DNA of 64,000 nucleotides from an uncultured cyanobacterium (GTDB lineage: Bacteria; Cyanobacteriota; Cyanobacteriia; Cyanobacteriales; CAWCAG01). The position numbers were made by a program, and so were the translations under genes. The stretch covers positions 320,001 to 384,000 of the forward strand of contig CAWDOD010000004.1 in NCBI GenBank assembly GCA_963803805.1, in the 5' to 3' direction. Under the pieces are notes generated by a model, which was not told where the DNA came from, ran no database searches, and saw nothing but the letters and a program-made list of their open reading frames with translations. Positions 51,339-61,368 of this stretch are shown one piece after another. The first letter of the stretch is position 1; the number at the start of each line of letters is the position of its first letter.

Positions 51339-52022
51339 ATGAATGAAGCGAACACTAAAACCATTGGTTCATTATTTCCCTTTTGGGAAAAATTGGATAT
51401 AGAAACCAAAAAAGATTTTCTTGCTCAAGGTCAATATATCAGCTTGCCGGTGGGTCAATTTATCTGTTTGGAAGGAGATATTTGTAATCATTTGCCACTG
51501 ATAATTTCTGGAAATGTACGTATTTACAAAATAGGAGCAAACGGTAGAGAAATTACTCTTTATCATTTAGGCCAAGGTGATAGTTGTATTATGACGGCTT
51601 CTTGCATCATCAGTCAAAAAGTATTTCCTGCCTTTGCCGTTGCCGAAACTGAAGTTGAAGCTTTTACTATTCCGGCAAATAGCTTAAGAGAATGGGTAAG
51701 GTACAATCCTATTTGGCAAGAATATATCTTCGGGCTACTTTCTCAACGATTAGCCAATGTTATTGAAATGATTGAAGAGGTCGCTTTTCGGCGGCTGGAT
51801 TGTCGAATTGCTTCATATCTTTTAAATAATGGCGATAGTCATTTCAAAACTATACGAATTACCCATGAAGCGATCGCTCAAGAATTAGGTAGTTCTAGAG
51901 AGGTAGTCAGTCGTATTCTCAAAACTTTTGAAAAACAAGAATTATTATCTCTGTCACGAGGAAAGATTGAACTAAAGAACTGGCAAGAACTTGATAAGAT
52001 TGCTCAGTTAGGAAAGTTCTAA
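51339..52022 (+). CDS. Crp/Fnr-family transcriptional regulator
   Basis: GREITLYHLGQGDSC, ITHEAIAQELGSSREVVSRILK. Confidence 0.93.
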   Translation: MNEANTKTIGSLFPFWEKLDIETKKDFLAQGQYISLPVGQFICLEGDICNHLPLIISGNVRIYKIGANGREITLYHLGQGDSCIMTASCIISQKVFPAFAVAETEVEAFTIPANSLREWVRYNPIWQEYIFGLLSQRLANVIEMIEEVAFRRLDCRIASYLLNNGDSHFKTIRITHEAIAQELGSSREVVSRILKTFEKQELLSLSRGKIELKNWQELDKIAQLGKF

Positions 52023-52037
52023 TTTAAAAAATTGTTA

Positions 52038-52052
52038 TGTGACTTTATCACA
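52038..52052. promoter_or_regulatory. candidate Crp/Fnr-type operator TGTGA-N5-TCACA
   Basis: Palindrome between the Crp/Fnr gene and the DUF2892-petC genes. Confidence 0.6.
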
Positions 52053-52160
52053 GAACAAATACAAATAAATTGACTATTATGTTTATAAATGACGAGCGAC
52101 CCTGATGAGGTTTCTGAATGAAGAAACCTGCAAGTCATAACTACTTATTAGGAGGTTTTG

Positions 52161-52379
52161 ATGAAGAATATAGGTTTATTAGATCGGGTTATTCGGACTG
52201 CAATTGCAGGTGTTTTACTTTATTTTGGTTTAGTAGTTTACGGAGGTTCGGTATTAGGAGTTGGACTAGCTATTGTCTCAATTATCTCTTTTATAACTGC
52301 CTTACTGGGTAATTGCCCACTTTATAGCCTACTGGGAATTAGTACCTGTAAAGCGAATCCTAAGCTTCACTCTAAATAA
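52161..52379 (+). CDS. DUF2892 (YgaP-like) small membrane protein
   Basis: MKNIGLLDRVIR...GNCPLYSLLGISTC; SD AGGAGG upstream. Confidence 0.9.
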   Translation: MKNIGLLDRVIRTAIAGVLLYFGLVVYGGSVLGVGLAIVSIISFITALLGNCPLYSLLGISTCKANPKLHSK

Positions 52380-52402
52380 TCTCTATCTAACTTAAACAGG
52401 AA

Positions 52403-52948
52403 GTGAAAATCACTATGGAAGAAAGTCTCCCTTTAGAATACCCTTCAATGTCTCGCCGACAACTACTCAACTTTATCACTGGTGCAGTTATTGCAACTAC
52501 TGCTAGCGCTGCACTTTATCCTGCTGCAAAATTCTTTGCCCCCCCAACAGAAAGCAATGAGGATGGTTCTATTATTGCTAAAGATCGCTTAGGAAATCCC
52601 ATTCCTGCTAGTCAGATTTTAGCAGAACCCAAAGGAACGCGTGCTTTAGTAGCAGGATTAGCTGGAGAACCAACTTATCTGGTAATCGCAGCAGACAGTA
52701 AACTAGACGTAATCGGAATTGTTGATAATTGTACCCATCTTGGTTGTACCTTTCCTTGGAATCCCAATGATCAGCAGTTTCAATGCCCCTGTCATGGTTC
52801 TCGTTATGCTGCTGATGGTTCTGTGATCAGAGGACCGGCCCCTCTTCCCCTCAAGCTAGTACAGGTTAAGGTAGAAGCAGATGCGATCTGGATTTCTCCT
52901 TGGACAAAAAACGATCCTCGCACAGGAGAAAAACCTTGGTGGATTTAA
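52403..52948 (+). CDS. petC: cytochrome b6f Rieske iron-sulfur subunit (accessory paralog)
   Basis: Tat motif SRRQLL, CTHLGC, CPCHGS, GPAPLPL, DPRTGEKPWW; no petA alongside. Confidence 0.92.
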   Translation: MKITMEESLPLEYPSMSRRQLLNFITGAVIATTASAALYPAAKFFAPPTESNEDGSIIAKDRLGNPIPASQILAEPKGTRALVAGLAGEPTYLVIAADSKLDVIGIVDNCTHLGCTFPWNPNDQQFQCPCHGSRYAADGSVIRGPAPLPLKLVQVKVEADAIWISPWTKNDPRTGEKPWWI

Positions 52949-53084
52949 CCCTCTTAAGTCACTTTCCGAGGTAGAATAAAGAAGAGGTGAGAAGCTATGA
53001 ATGTTTCAAATATTTACACTTAGGAATAATCTCCCCAATCAAGAGAAAGTCTCTACCAGAAATAGCCAAAGTCGTAGGCATAAA

Positions 53085-53459
53085 CTCAACATCCTTTGTT
53101 ATAACCAATATTCAAGGCCATCTTAAGAAGAGATTGGGTAATCTTTATGGTTGAAGAACATGGGTAGAATATGGCTTCAGGCAATGTAAACAAGAATTGG
53201 GTTGGATTGATTACCGTTTTACTAAGTATCAAGAAATAGAGAAGTGGTGGGAATTATTTTTTCTGCTTATTTAACGACCAGCATGAATTCTCCAGCCTGG
53301 GAAGCTTTACATCAACCTCAGTTGGAGAAGAAGGAAACAGAAAAGACAGAAGTCGATTTATCTAAACACCAACAATGGAATCATCAACCTGGCTGGAAAA
53401 ACACTCTGAATAATCTTCGTTTAGTGATTCAACTGACCATTGATACAGTTTCCTGGTAA
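53085..53459 (+). mobile_element. IS701-family transposase 3' remnant
   Basis: RTWVEYGFRQCKQELGWIDYRFTKYQEIEKWW, then HQQWNHQPGWKNTLNNLRL, with internal stop and frameshift. Confidence 0.8.
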
Positions 53460-53592
53460 TTTCAAATTATTGCGATCGCTAATTAGTTTAAAGAACAGCT
53501 TTAAGGTGATTAGTGAATCCATTTCAAGCAGTACTTAGTTCGGCGATCGCAATATGTTTCCAATAATACCAATTTAGGGAACAAAGTCTCTC

Positions 53593-54981
53593 CTATGAGG
53601 GGAGATTTAGAGGGGTAGCAACCTTGAATGACAAAGCCTGCTTAACAAAGCCTTGCAAAAAAGCCTGTCGCTGATTACTTTGAAAAACTGCTTGTAACTT
53701 CTCCCCTAACTTGGTCAGATCGAAACCTTCGCTACAACTCGAATCAAGCTGCTGTTCCTGGAAATAAGCCATCAAACTTAACCCTGCCAACCTGGTTAAA
53801 TAAGCTGCACTCACCCCTTGCACAGCACCCCCAGCCATATAAGTAAAAGTATGACTCTTGAGAACACCACCAATCGTTTGGGTAGAAAGTTCCACCAGCC
53901 CTAGTTGTACCATCAACTTACCCAAAGTTCCCGCAGCATTTCGCCCTTGGGCAAGGGAAAACTTGTGTTGATAAATTGCCCCTAAATCCATAACTAACTG
54001 GGCATTAATCGCCGCAGTGGCTAACATATCCAAAGCAGGAACAGGGTTTGCAAAAGCCGTAGCCGCAGCTAGCCATTGATACTTTTCCATAATTGGTAAA
54101 GCGCGATTCCGACGGAGATCATTAATAATTTCCTTAACTTCCTGTTGCAACGCCATAGCTTGCCGCCAAGTACTGGCCAAAACCAACTGTTCTTTGTCTT
54201 GGCTTAACATCCGTTGCAAAGGAAAATGCAAAGCCTCAACTTCCGGCTGTTGTGGTTCCCACCACTCCTCTATAGAACCATCTTCTTGATGCTGTCGCAC
54301 CTTAACCTCATCGGGGGCAGCAGCAATACCTAAAACATTTTCCTTGACTAAAACTCCCTTTACCCTCATTCTCAATTGCTGTAAAATTGCCATCCCTTCT
54401 TCTGGCAAATAACAATCTTGTTTATTCAACAACAGGAGAATGTGATGGCGATCGCCATTCAACTTTTCTATAACTTGCAACTCAGAATCAGTTAAATCTC
54501 CCCCGGTGAGATATAAAACCAAATCCGCAGTAACCGGAACTTCCTCCTCAACACTTATTTCCTGCCAAGAAACATTTCCCTCTTCTGTTGCTCCTAAAAT
54601 CTCTTGTAAACTAGTTTTACCAACCTTCTTCCCACCAGTAATAACAACCTGTAAATTTTCTCGGTGCAGCAACTCTGGTAATTCGTTTAACTTAGTTCTT
54701 AATTCCCCAACTTCAAAACTTTCTGCTTCCGCCTCCAGATAATCAATCGTCTTCTCTGCCGTGGCAATCGCCACTTCTACTGCTTCAGTATCCAAAGGGG
54801 ACAAAATCTGAGAAACCGAAGCAGAACTATTATTTTGTTTCCATAACCAAAAACCAGCCCCAACTGCAATCGCCCCCACCAAACTAAACTCCCCAAACTG
54901 CATAATAGATTCGTGCCAGCTTTGCCATAACCACAAACCCACCGAAAGACTAACCCCAACCACTAAAATTGGTCTACCCAT
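53593..54981 (-). CDS. YcjF/DUF697-family membrane protein with degenerate GTPase domain
   Basis: TGGKKVGKTS, LLNKQD, NPVPALDMLATAAINAQL, QGVSAAYLTR. Confidence 0.85.
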   Translation of the reverse strand: MGRPILVVGVSLSVGLWLWQSWHESIMQFGEFSLVGAIAVGAGFWLWKQNNSSASVSQILSPLDTEAVEVAIATAEKTIDYLEAEAESFEVGELRTKLNELPELLHRENLQVVITGGKKVGKTSLQEILGATEEGNVSWQEISVEEEVPVTADLVLYLTGGDLTDSELQVIEKLNGDRHHILLLLNKQDCYLPEEGMAILQQLRMRVKGVLVKENVLGIAAAPDEVKVRQHQEDGSIEEWWEPQQPEVEALHFPLQRMLSQDKEQLVLASTWRQAMALQQEVKEIINDLRRNRALPIMEKYQWLAAATAFANPVPALDMLATAAINAQLVMDLGAIYQHKFSLAQGRNAAGTLGKLMVQLGLVELSTQTIGGVLKSHTFTYMAGGAVQGVSAAYLTRLAGLSLMAYFQEQQLDSSCSEGFDLTKLGEKLQAVFQSNQRQAFLQGFVKQALSFKVATPLNLPS

Positions 54982-55233
54982 CTCAAATTAAGACCTCCCC
55001 AATTGCCTTTAGCAACACTATTTTATACCGTTTCAAGCCAGATAATTAAGCCGCCAAGGAACAGCATCAAGTCACTCGTTCATTGGCGAAGCCTTCTCCG
55101 ATAACTCAATTATTGATACCTAACGGCAACGGCAAGCCGTACATTGATCATTAATAACTGATCATCGATAACTGGTCATTGCTCATTAATAACTGATAGG
55201 ATCTATCCTTGGAAGCCCAAATCTAAAAAAAGT

Positions 55234-56400
55234 ATGAATGTTAGTTCTGGTAACATTGCTCCCCACGGTGGACAACTGATTAATCGTATTGCTAATCCTG
55301 AACAAAAAGAAGAATATCTTGAAAAAGCCAACAAATTACCCCGCGTTCAACTAGATGAACGTGCTGTTTCTGACTTAATTATGATTGCCATCGGCGGTTT
55401 TAGTCCCCTCGAAGGTTTCATGGAACAAGCAGACTACGAACGGGTAGTAACTAATATGCGGCTGATGAGTGGCATTCCTTGGTCAATTCCCATCACCCTT
55501 TCTGTTAGTGAAGAAGTTGCCGAACCTTTAACCATAGGTAGCGACATTCGCCTTGATGATCCTCAAGGAAACTTCGTTGGTGTCTTAGAATTAAGCCAAA
55601 AATATGCCTACGACAAGAAAAAGGAAGCTACCAACGTCTACTTAACTGACGAAGATAAACATCCCGGAGTTAAAGTAGTTTATGACCAAGGAGCAATTAA
55701 TTTAGCCGGACCAGTTTGGCTACTCCAAAGAGATTCTCACCCACTTTTTCCTAAATATCAAATAGATCCAGTGGATTCGCGTCAAATATTTCGGGAAAAG
55801 GGCCTAAAAACCATAGTTGGTTTCCAAACCCGCAACCCCATCCACCGCGCCCACGAATATATCCAGAAATGCGCCTTAGAGACTGTTGACGGGCTGTTTT
55901 TGCATCCTTTAGTGGGGGCAACCAAAAGTGATGATATCCCTGCTGACGTGCGAATGCGCTGCTATGAAATTCTCTTAGAAAACTATTATCCCCAAGACCG
56001 AGTTATCCTCGCCATTTATCCAGCAGCAATGCGCTATGCGGGACCGAGGGAAGCCATTCTCCATGCTATTGTTCGCAAAAACTACGGCTGTACCCACTTT
56101 ATCGTCGGTCGCGATCATGCTGGAGTAGGAGACTACTATGGAACCTACGATGCCCAAGAAATCTTCAACAAATTTTCTCCAGAAGAACTAGGCATTACCC
56201 CCATGAAATTTGAACACGCCTTTTACTGCACACGAACCAAGCAGATGGCAACAGCCAAAACCAGTCCTAGTAAACCAGAAGAACGGGTACATCTTTCCGG
56301 AACCAAAGTAAGGGCAATGCTTCGTAAAGGAGAATTACCCCCACCAGAATTTTCTCGTCCTGAAGTAGCCGCGGAATTAGCCAAAGCTATGCACGATTGA
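55234..56400 (+). CDS. sat: sulfate adenylyltransferase
   Basis: [43 protein letters not shown]. Confidence 0.97.
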   Translation: MNVSSGNIAPHGGQLINRIANPEQKEEYLEKANKLPRVQLDERAVSDLIMIAIGGFSPLEGFMEQADYERVVTNMRLMSGIPWSIPITLSVSEEVAEPLTIGSDIRLDDPQGNFVGVLELSQKYAYDKKKEATNVYLTDEDKHPGVKVVYDQGAINLAGPVWLLQRDSHPLFPKYQIDPVDSRQIFREKGLKTIVGFQTRNPIHRAHEYIQKCALETVDGLFLHPLVGATKSDDIPADVRMRCYEILLENYYPQDRVILAIYPAAMRYAGPREAILHAIVRKNYGCTHFIVGRDHAGVGDYYGTYDAQEIFNKFSPEELGITPMKFEHAFYCTRTKQMATAKTSPSKPEERVHLSGTKVRAMLRKGELPPPEFSRPEVAAELAKAMHD

Positions 56401-56438
56401 GAGGGGGAGAATCGGGAGTTAGGGATATCTCGCCAGTG

Positions 56439-56619
<181 letters not shown>

Positions 56620-56827
56620 GGGATTTTTTGCTAGGGAGCTAGGGAAATAAATAAATATCTTTGACCCCTGAAATATTAATTTACTGAAAGAGCAATTAGA
56701 GTCAGATTTCGACTCCCTACTCCCTGCTCCCTGCTCCCTGTTTTATGTTAAATCGCTAACATTCAATAACCGAGAATCATTTATTCCTGGTACGCTGATA
56801 CCTAGTGTCTGAGAGTTTAGGGCTGAT

Positions 56828-59101
56828 ATGGGAATGGATCGGCGAACTTTTTTACAAAGAACTGCTAAGGCAGTTCTCTCCCTTGGAACAGCAGAAGGGT
56901 TGTTACCTTGGGGTAAGAGTAGCTTAGCTGCTCCTTTAATTGACCGTTATTTACAAACTCTGGCCCAACCTAGTGCCAGAAAGTTGGCGCTTTTGGTGGG
57001 TATTAATCAATATCCTCGTGGGCAAAACCTCACTGGTTGCTTAACAGATGTGGAATTACAACGAGAATTATTAATTCACCGTTTTGGTTTTTTGCCAGAA
57101 GATATTTTAATTCTTAAAGATAAGCAAGGGACAAGGGAGGATATTGAAACTGCTTTTACTGAACATCTCACCGGACAAGCCAAAAGTGATGATGTGGTAG
57201 TTTTTCATTTTAGTGGCTATGGCTCTCAGGTAGAAATACCGGGAACAGAGCGCTTGGCTAATAGCTTGATCCCCGTAGATGGGAGTTTACAAACCAAGGG
57301 TAGCCCCGCAGTTAACGAGCTTTTAGAAGATACCCTGATTTTACTAGCTCAATCCCTAGCCACAAAAAAAGTAACTATGGTGCTAGATACAAGCTACGTT
57401 AGTACGGGTAGAAATTTCCAGGGCAACTTGAGGCTACGTTCCTATCCCAAACTACCCGCGCAAAAATCAAGTCCAGAAGAATTAGCCTTTCAAGAAAAGT
57501 TATTCCTCAAAATTAATACCGGAGGCCAAAAACTAGATCCACAAACTCAATCTCAGTTAGTAGGCTCTTGGTTAACAGCAGCCGGGGCTGATCAAATAGC
57601 AGTAGAAGGGAAGTGGGATGGTTTTAGTGCTGGTTTATTTACCTATGCCCTAACTCAATATCTTTGGCAAGTGACCCCCCCAAGTTCAGTACAAATTAGC
57701 CTCAAAAGGGTAAATAAAACTGTTGAGCAAGTGATGGGCAAGCAACAGCAGCCTCGCTTAGCAGGAAATAAACTCAAACAGGCTCTTTTGGCTTACTATT
57801 TACCCCCAGCTCAACCTGTAGGTGCAGAAGGAGTGGTAGTAGGAGTAGAAGATGCTGGGAAAAGCGCCCAGATTAAGCTATGTGGTCTTCCTCCTTTCCT
57901 CTTAGAACATTATGGTCTTAATTCCCGTTTCCTGCTTCTCAACGCTTCAGAGCAGCCAATCATCAGTAAAGCAACTCAACTACAACTTCGTTCACGGGAA
58001 GGATTAACCGCTAAAGCCCGCTTAGTAGATGAAACAGCCCCAGAAAATTATCAAATCACCTCTGGGCAACTGGTACAAGAACTAATCAGGATCTTGCCCC
58101 GTAACTTGACTTTGACAGTAGCTTTTGCCTCAGAATTAGAAAGAATTGAAAGAGTTGATGCCACCAGCGCCTTTGCAAACTTGGATGCGGTTTCTTCTGT
58201 GGCGACATTGGGAGAACAAAAAGTAGATTGTTTATTCGGTAGATTTGCCGAAGCAATTCCCAACGACGAGAGTGAAATTTCCCCAGGCAATTTACAAGGA
58301 GGCTATGGGCTGTTTACCGTTGGCGGCTTGCCTATCGCCAACACAGAAGGAATCCCTTCAGAAGCGATTAAATCCGCTGTCAATAGGTTAGCTTTCAAAT
58401 TAGAGAGTTTACTAGCAGCGAAATTCTGGCAGTTAACCGCTAACGAAGGCTCTTCGCGCTTAGGTATCAAAACTATTTTAGAAAAGGTAGATGAGCAGAC
58501 TAGGGATGTTACCCCCTTAACAACCCTAGAAACCTTGAGATTATCTTCCCAAAGTCTCAGCCTAGCCAAAACAGGAACCTCCCCGGAAATACCGGCGATC
58601 GCTGCTAATAGCCAAATCCAGTTCCGCATCAAAAATACCAACAAGCAACCAATTTACGCCATTTTAGTTGGCATAGATTCGGCAGGAAATGCAATCGCCT
58701 TTTCTTCTCCCCAATCTTATAACCAAGAACAGGGAAATTCTAAGGATGAGGCTTTATTACAAGATGTACTAGTAGAAAGTGGAGAAACTTTAGCACTTCC
58801 TAATTTTAATGCGGTGAGAATAAAAGCTCGTGGACCGGCAGGAATAGCTAAAATTCAGCTCATTGCTAGCTATTCACCTTTCAAAGCCACCCTAGAAGCC
58901 ATTAATAGTACCCAAAGACTCAAAATGGAGGAAGAACAGGTAGTTTATTTAGAAAAACCCCTGACGGTAGCTAAAGCAATTTTAGAAGACTTACATCAAG
59001 GGAGTAGGGTGGCTTCGGAAGTAACAAATTCTGTTTCTGATGTCTACGCTTTAGATGTTAGGGCTTGGGCAAGTTTGAGTTTTGTTTATCAAGTTGTTTG
59101 A
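56828..59101 (+). CDS. caspase-family (C14) protein with substituted catalytic dyad, Tat-like N-terminus and C-terminal DUF4384-like domain
   Basis: RKLALLVGINQY, FHFSGYG (His>Tyr), LDTSY (Cys>Ser), MDRRTFL. Confidence 0.88.
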   Translation: MGMDRRTFLQRTAKAVLSLGTAEGLLPWGKSSLAAPLIDRYLQTLAQPSARKLALLVGINQYPRGQNLTGCLTDVELQRELLIHRFGFLPEDILILKDKQGTREDIETAFTEHLTGQAKSDDVVVFHFSGYGSQVEIPGTERLANSLIPVDGSLQTKGSPAVNELLEDTLILLAQSLATKKVTMVLDTSYVSTGRNFQGNLRLRSYPKLPAQKSSPEELAFQEKLFLKINTGGQKLDPQTQSQLVGSWLTAAGADQIAVEGKWDGFSAGLFTYALTQYLWQVTPPSSVQISLKRVNKTVEQVMGKQQQPRLAGNKLKQALLAYYLPPAQPVGAEGVVVGVEDAGKSAQIKLCGLPPFLLEHYGLNSRFLLLNASEQPIISKATQLQLRSREGLTAKARLVDETAPENYQITSGQLVQELIRILPRNLTLTVAFASELERIERVDATSAFANLDAVSSVATLGEQKVDCLFGRFAEAIPNDESEISPGNLQGGYGLFTVGGLPIANTEGIPSEAIKSAVNRLAFKLESLLAAKFWQLTANEGSSRLGIKTILEKVDEQTRDVTPLTTLETLRLSSQSLSLAKTGTSPEIPAIAANSQIQFRIKNTNKQPIYAILVGIDSAGNAIAFSSPQSYNQEQGNSKDEALLQDVLVESGETLALPNFNAVRIKARGPAGIAKIQLIASYSPFKATLEAINSTQRLKMEEEQVVYLEKPLTVAKAILEDLHQGSRVASEVTNSVSDVYALDVRAWASLSFVYQVV

Positions 59102-59265
59102 ATCGGGAGCAGGGAGTAGGAAGTGGAGGTGAAGTCACCGTGGTGTGATCCTCCTTTTAAACTCAAAGCAGAAGAATCTGTTGAAGTGGAAATAGATGAT
59201 TTAGAGACTCCTTTAAACGTTTATCATTAAACATTTATCATTAAATTTGGATTGGCTCAAAAACT

Positions 59266-59851
59266 GTGATTAAGAACGATAGTTGGATTAAAGAAATGGC
59301 TGCCCAAGGCATGGTTGAGCCTTTTGAGCCTCGTTTGGTACGCCAAGTTACTAATAATTTACCTGTAATTTCCTATGGCTTGAGTAGTTTTGGTTATGAT
59401 ATCAGGCTTTCACCTTCGGAATTTCGCATTTTTCGCCACATTCCTGGTACAGTAGTTGACCCCAAAAATTTTAATCCTGATAACTTAGAACCAACAATTC
59501 TCCATGAAGATAAGAATGGTAGTTTCTTTATCTTGCCCGCTCATTCCTATGGTTTAGGAGTAGCCTTAGAAAAGTTAGCCATTCCTGATAATATCACTGT
59601 CCTTTGTATTGGCAAAAGTACCTATGCCAGGGTAGGACTAATTGCTAATTTAACCCCAGGAGAAGCTGGTTGGCGAGGGCCATTTAACCCTAGAGTTTTC
59701 TAACTCTTCCAGTGCTGATTGTCGTATTTATGCGGCTGAAGGAGTTGTACAATTACTCTTTTTAGAAGGAAACCCTTGCGAAACAAGTTATCAAAAACGC
59801 CAAGGTAAGTATCAAGATCAACCCGAAAAAGTTATCTTTTCTAGAGTTTAA
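59266..59851 (+). pseudogene. dcd: dCTP deaminase, frameshifted at ~59678
   Basis: SYGLSSFGYD, GKSTYAR; removing one G restores [11 protein letters not shown]...EGVVQLLF...YQDQ. Likely an assembly error. Confidence 0.9.
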
Positions 59852-59857
59852 AGCAAA

Positions 59858-61243
59858 GTGGATAAATTTCGTATTGAAGTAATAGCAGCTACCGCCAACC
59901 CTCAGCAAGTAATTTGGGGAGCAATGCACCAAGATTATTCTGAAGGTTTTGTTGTGGATAGTCAAGAAAAATGGCCTGACGAAAAGCAAGCAGGAGAGTT
60001 AATAGTTAAGCATTTACTATCAGCAAATAGAGGACACTATGGATGCCTAGAACATCCCCAAATAACTTTCAATGTCGGTTATTTTCCTCATTCTATGATG
60101 CAACAGGTGCGGACTCACCGTGTTGGTATTTCTTTTGATGTCCAGTGTCTTGCAGGAGATACAGAAATTACTTTTGTTAAAACATCAGGTGGTTTAAAGA
60201 AAATTAAAATTTCTGAACTTTACGATTTATGGGTTAACGGCGAAAAAGCTTTTAGGGAAAGGAGTATTTGTGGGCAAAATGCTGAACAACTGGGCAAATA
60301 TCGGCGAGATTGTAAGAAGCGAATCCGTAAAATGCGTCTTCGTGTTCTTAATGAAACAGATGGAGTATTTGAGCAGGGGAATATTAAGGATGTAATTTGT
60401 AGTGGTGTTAAACAAGTTTACCAAGTAACCTTAGAAGATGGTAAAACTTTAAACTGTACTACTAATCATCGTTTGTTTACTGATCAAGGTTGGCAAACTA
60501 TGGGAGAAGCCGTAGGGTTAGTAACAGATCATGATGGTAGTGTTATTAAGAGAACTAAAGAATGTTACGTTATGTGCAACGGCAAAGCAGTTGCAGGTAA
60601 TGTACTCTACAGAGATAAAAGTTGCTTTTCTAACCAACTTAAAAAAGGACTTGATTGCTTATCCAAACCTGAACCCAAGGGAAGAAAGCTTAAAGCACAC
60701 CCTGTTAAGGTAAAGAGTGTCAAGTATCTAGGCAAGCAAGTAACTTATGATTTGCAAGTAGCTAATAAATGGCATAATTTTGTTGCCAATGGAATCGTAG
60801 TCCACAATTCTTTTCGGTATACGGGTAAACGTATTATCGATGTCGCTGAAGGCAAAAAAAATGTAGAAGAGGTCTTTTATTTACGTCCGGTAGGGAATTA
60901 TACAAACCGTCAAGGTAAGCGCTACTTTTACTCAGAAGAACAGCATGACGAAGATATTCAATGGTGTTTAAAAGCCTGCCAACACTATCATAAACGTATC
61001 ACAGAAGGACTATCTGAAGAACACGCCAGGGGCTTAATTCCTTTTGATGCTAGACAGAATTTTGTCCTTAGTTGTAATTTGCGATCGCTCCTTCATCTTT
61101 TAGATTTGAGATGGAAAAAGGATGCTCAACTTGAAGCACAAAAATTCTGTGAATTGTTATACATTCATTTAGAAAATTGGACTCCTGCTGTAGCTCAATG
61201 GTACTTGGAAAACAGAGCTAAAAAAGCTCGATTAGCACCATGA
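59858..61243 (+). CDS. thyX: FAD-dependent thymidylate synthase containing an intein
   Basis: GHYGCLEH, QQVRTHR...SFDVQ|intein|SFRYT, EEHARGL, NLRSLLHLLDLR, AQLEAQ. Confidence 0.95.
   Translation: MDKFRIEVIAATANPQQVIWGAMHQDYSEGFVVDSQEKWPDEKQAGELIVKHLLSANRGHYGCLEHPQITFNVGYFPHSMMQQVRTHRVGISFDVQCLAGDTEITFVKTSGGLKKIKISELYDLWVNGEKAFRERSICGQNAEQLGKYRRDCKKRIRKMRLRVLNETDGVFEQGNIKDVICSGVKQVYQVTLEDGKTLNCTTNHRLFTDQGWQTMGEAVGLVTDHDGSVIKRTKECYVMCNGKAVAGNVLYRDKSCFSNQLKKGLDCLSKPEPKGRKLKAHPVKVKSVKYLGKQVTYDLQVANKWHNFVANGIVVHNSFRYTGKRIIDVAEGKKNVEEVFYLRPVGNYTNRQGKRYFYSEEQHDEDIQWCLKACQHYHKRITEGLSEEHARGLIPFDARQNFVLSCNLRSLLHLLDLRWKKDAQLEAQKFCELLYIHLENWTPAVAQWYLENRAKKARLAP
60146..60808 (+). mobile_element. 221-aa intein in ThyX
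   Basis: Block A CLAGDTEI, block B CTTNHRLFT, blocks F/G TYDLQV...NFVANGIVVHN followed by Ser +1. Confidence 0.95.
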
Positions 61244-61368
61244 GTTAAGTAATCAGATCTTGTCTGAGGGCGGTATGAAACGTTGATCTTTGAGAATAGT
61301 TGCGATCGCAAAAATATAGAGGCATTCCCTCGAAAATACCTCTATACCAAAGAAATATTTGGTTTAAA

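Noticed and set aside
52095-52140. CTGATGA followed by an AGGTTTCT/AGAAACCT hairpin, resembling a hammerhead ribozyme core
   Set aside because: The GAAA lies inside the stem rather than after it, and I find no stem I/III with a cleavage triplet; more likely an ordinary 5' UTR hairpin
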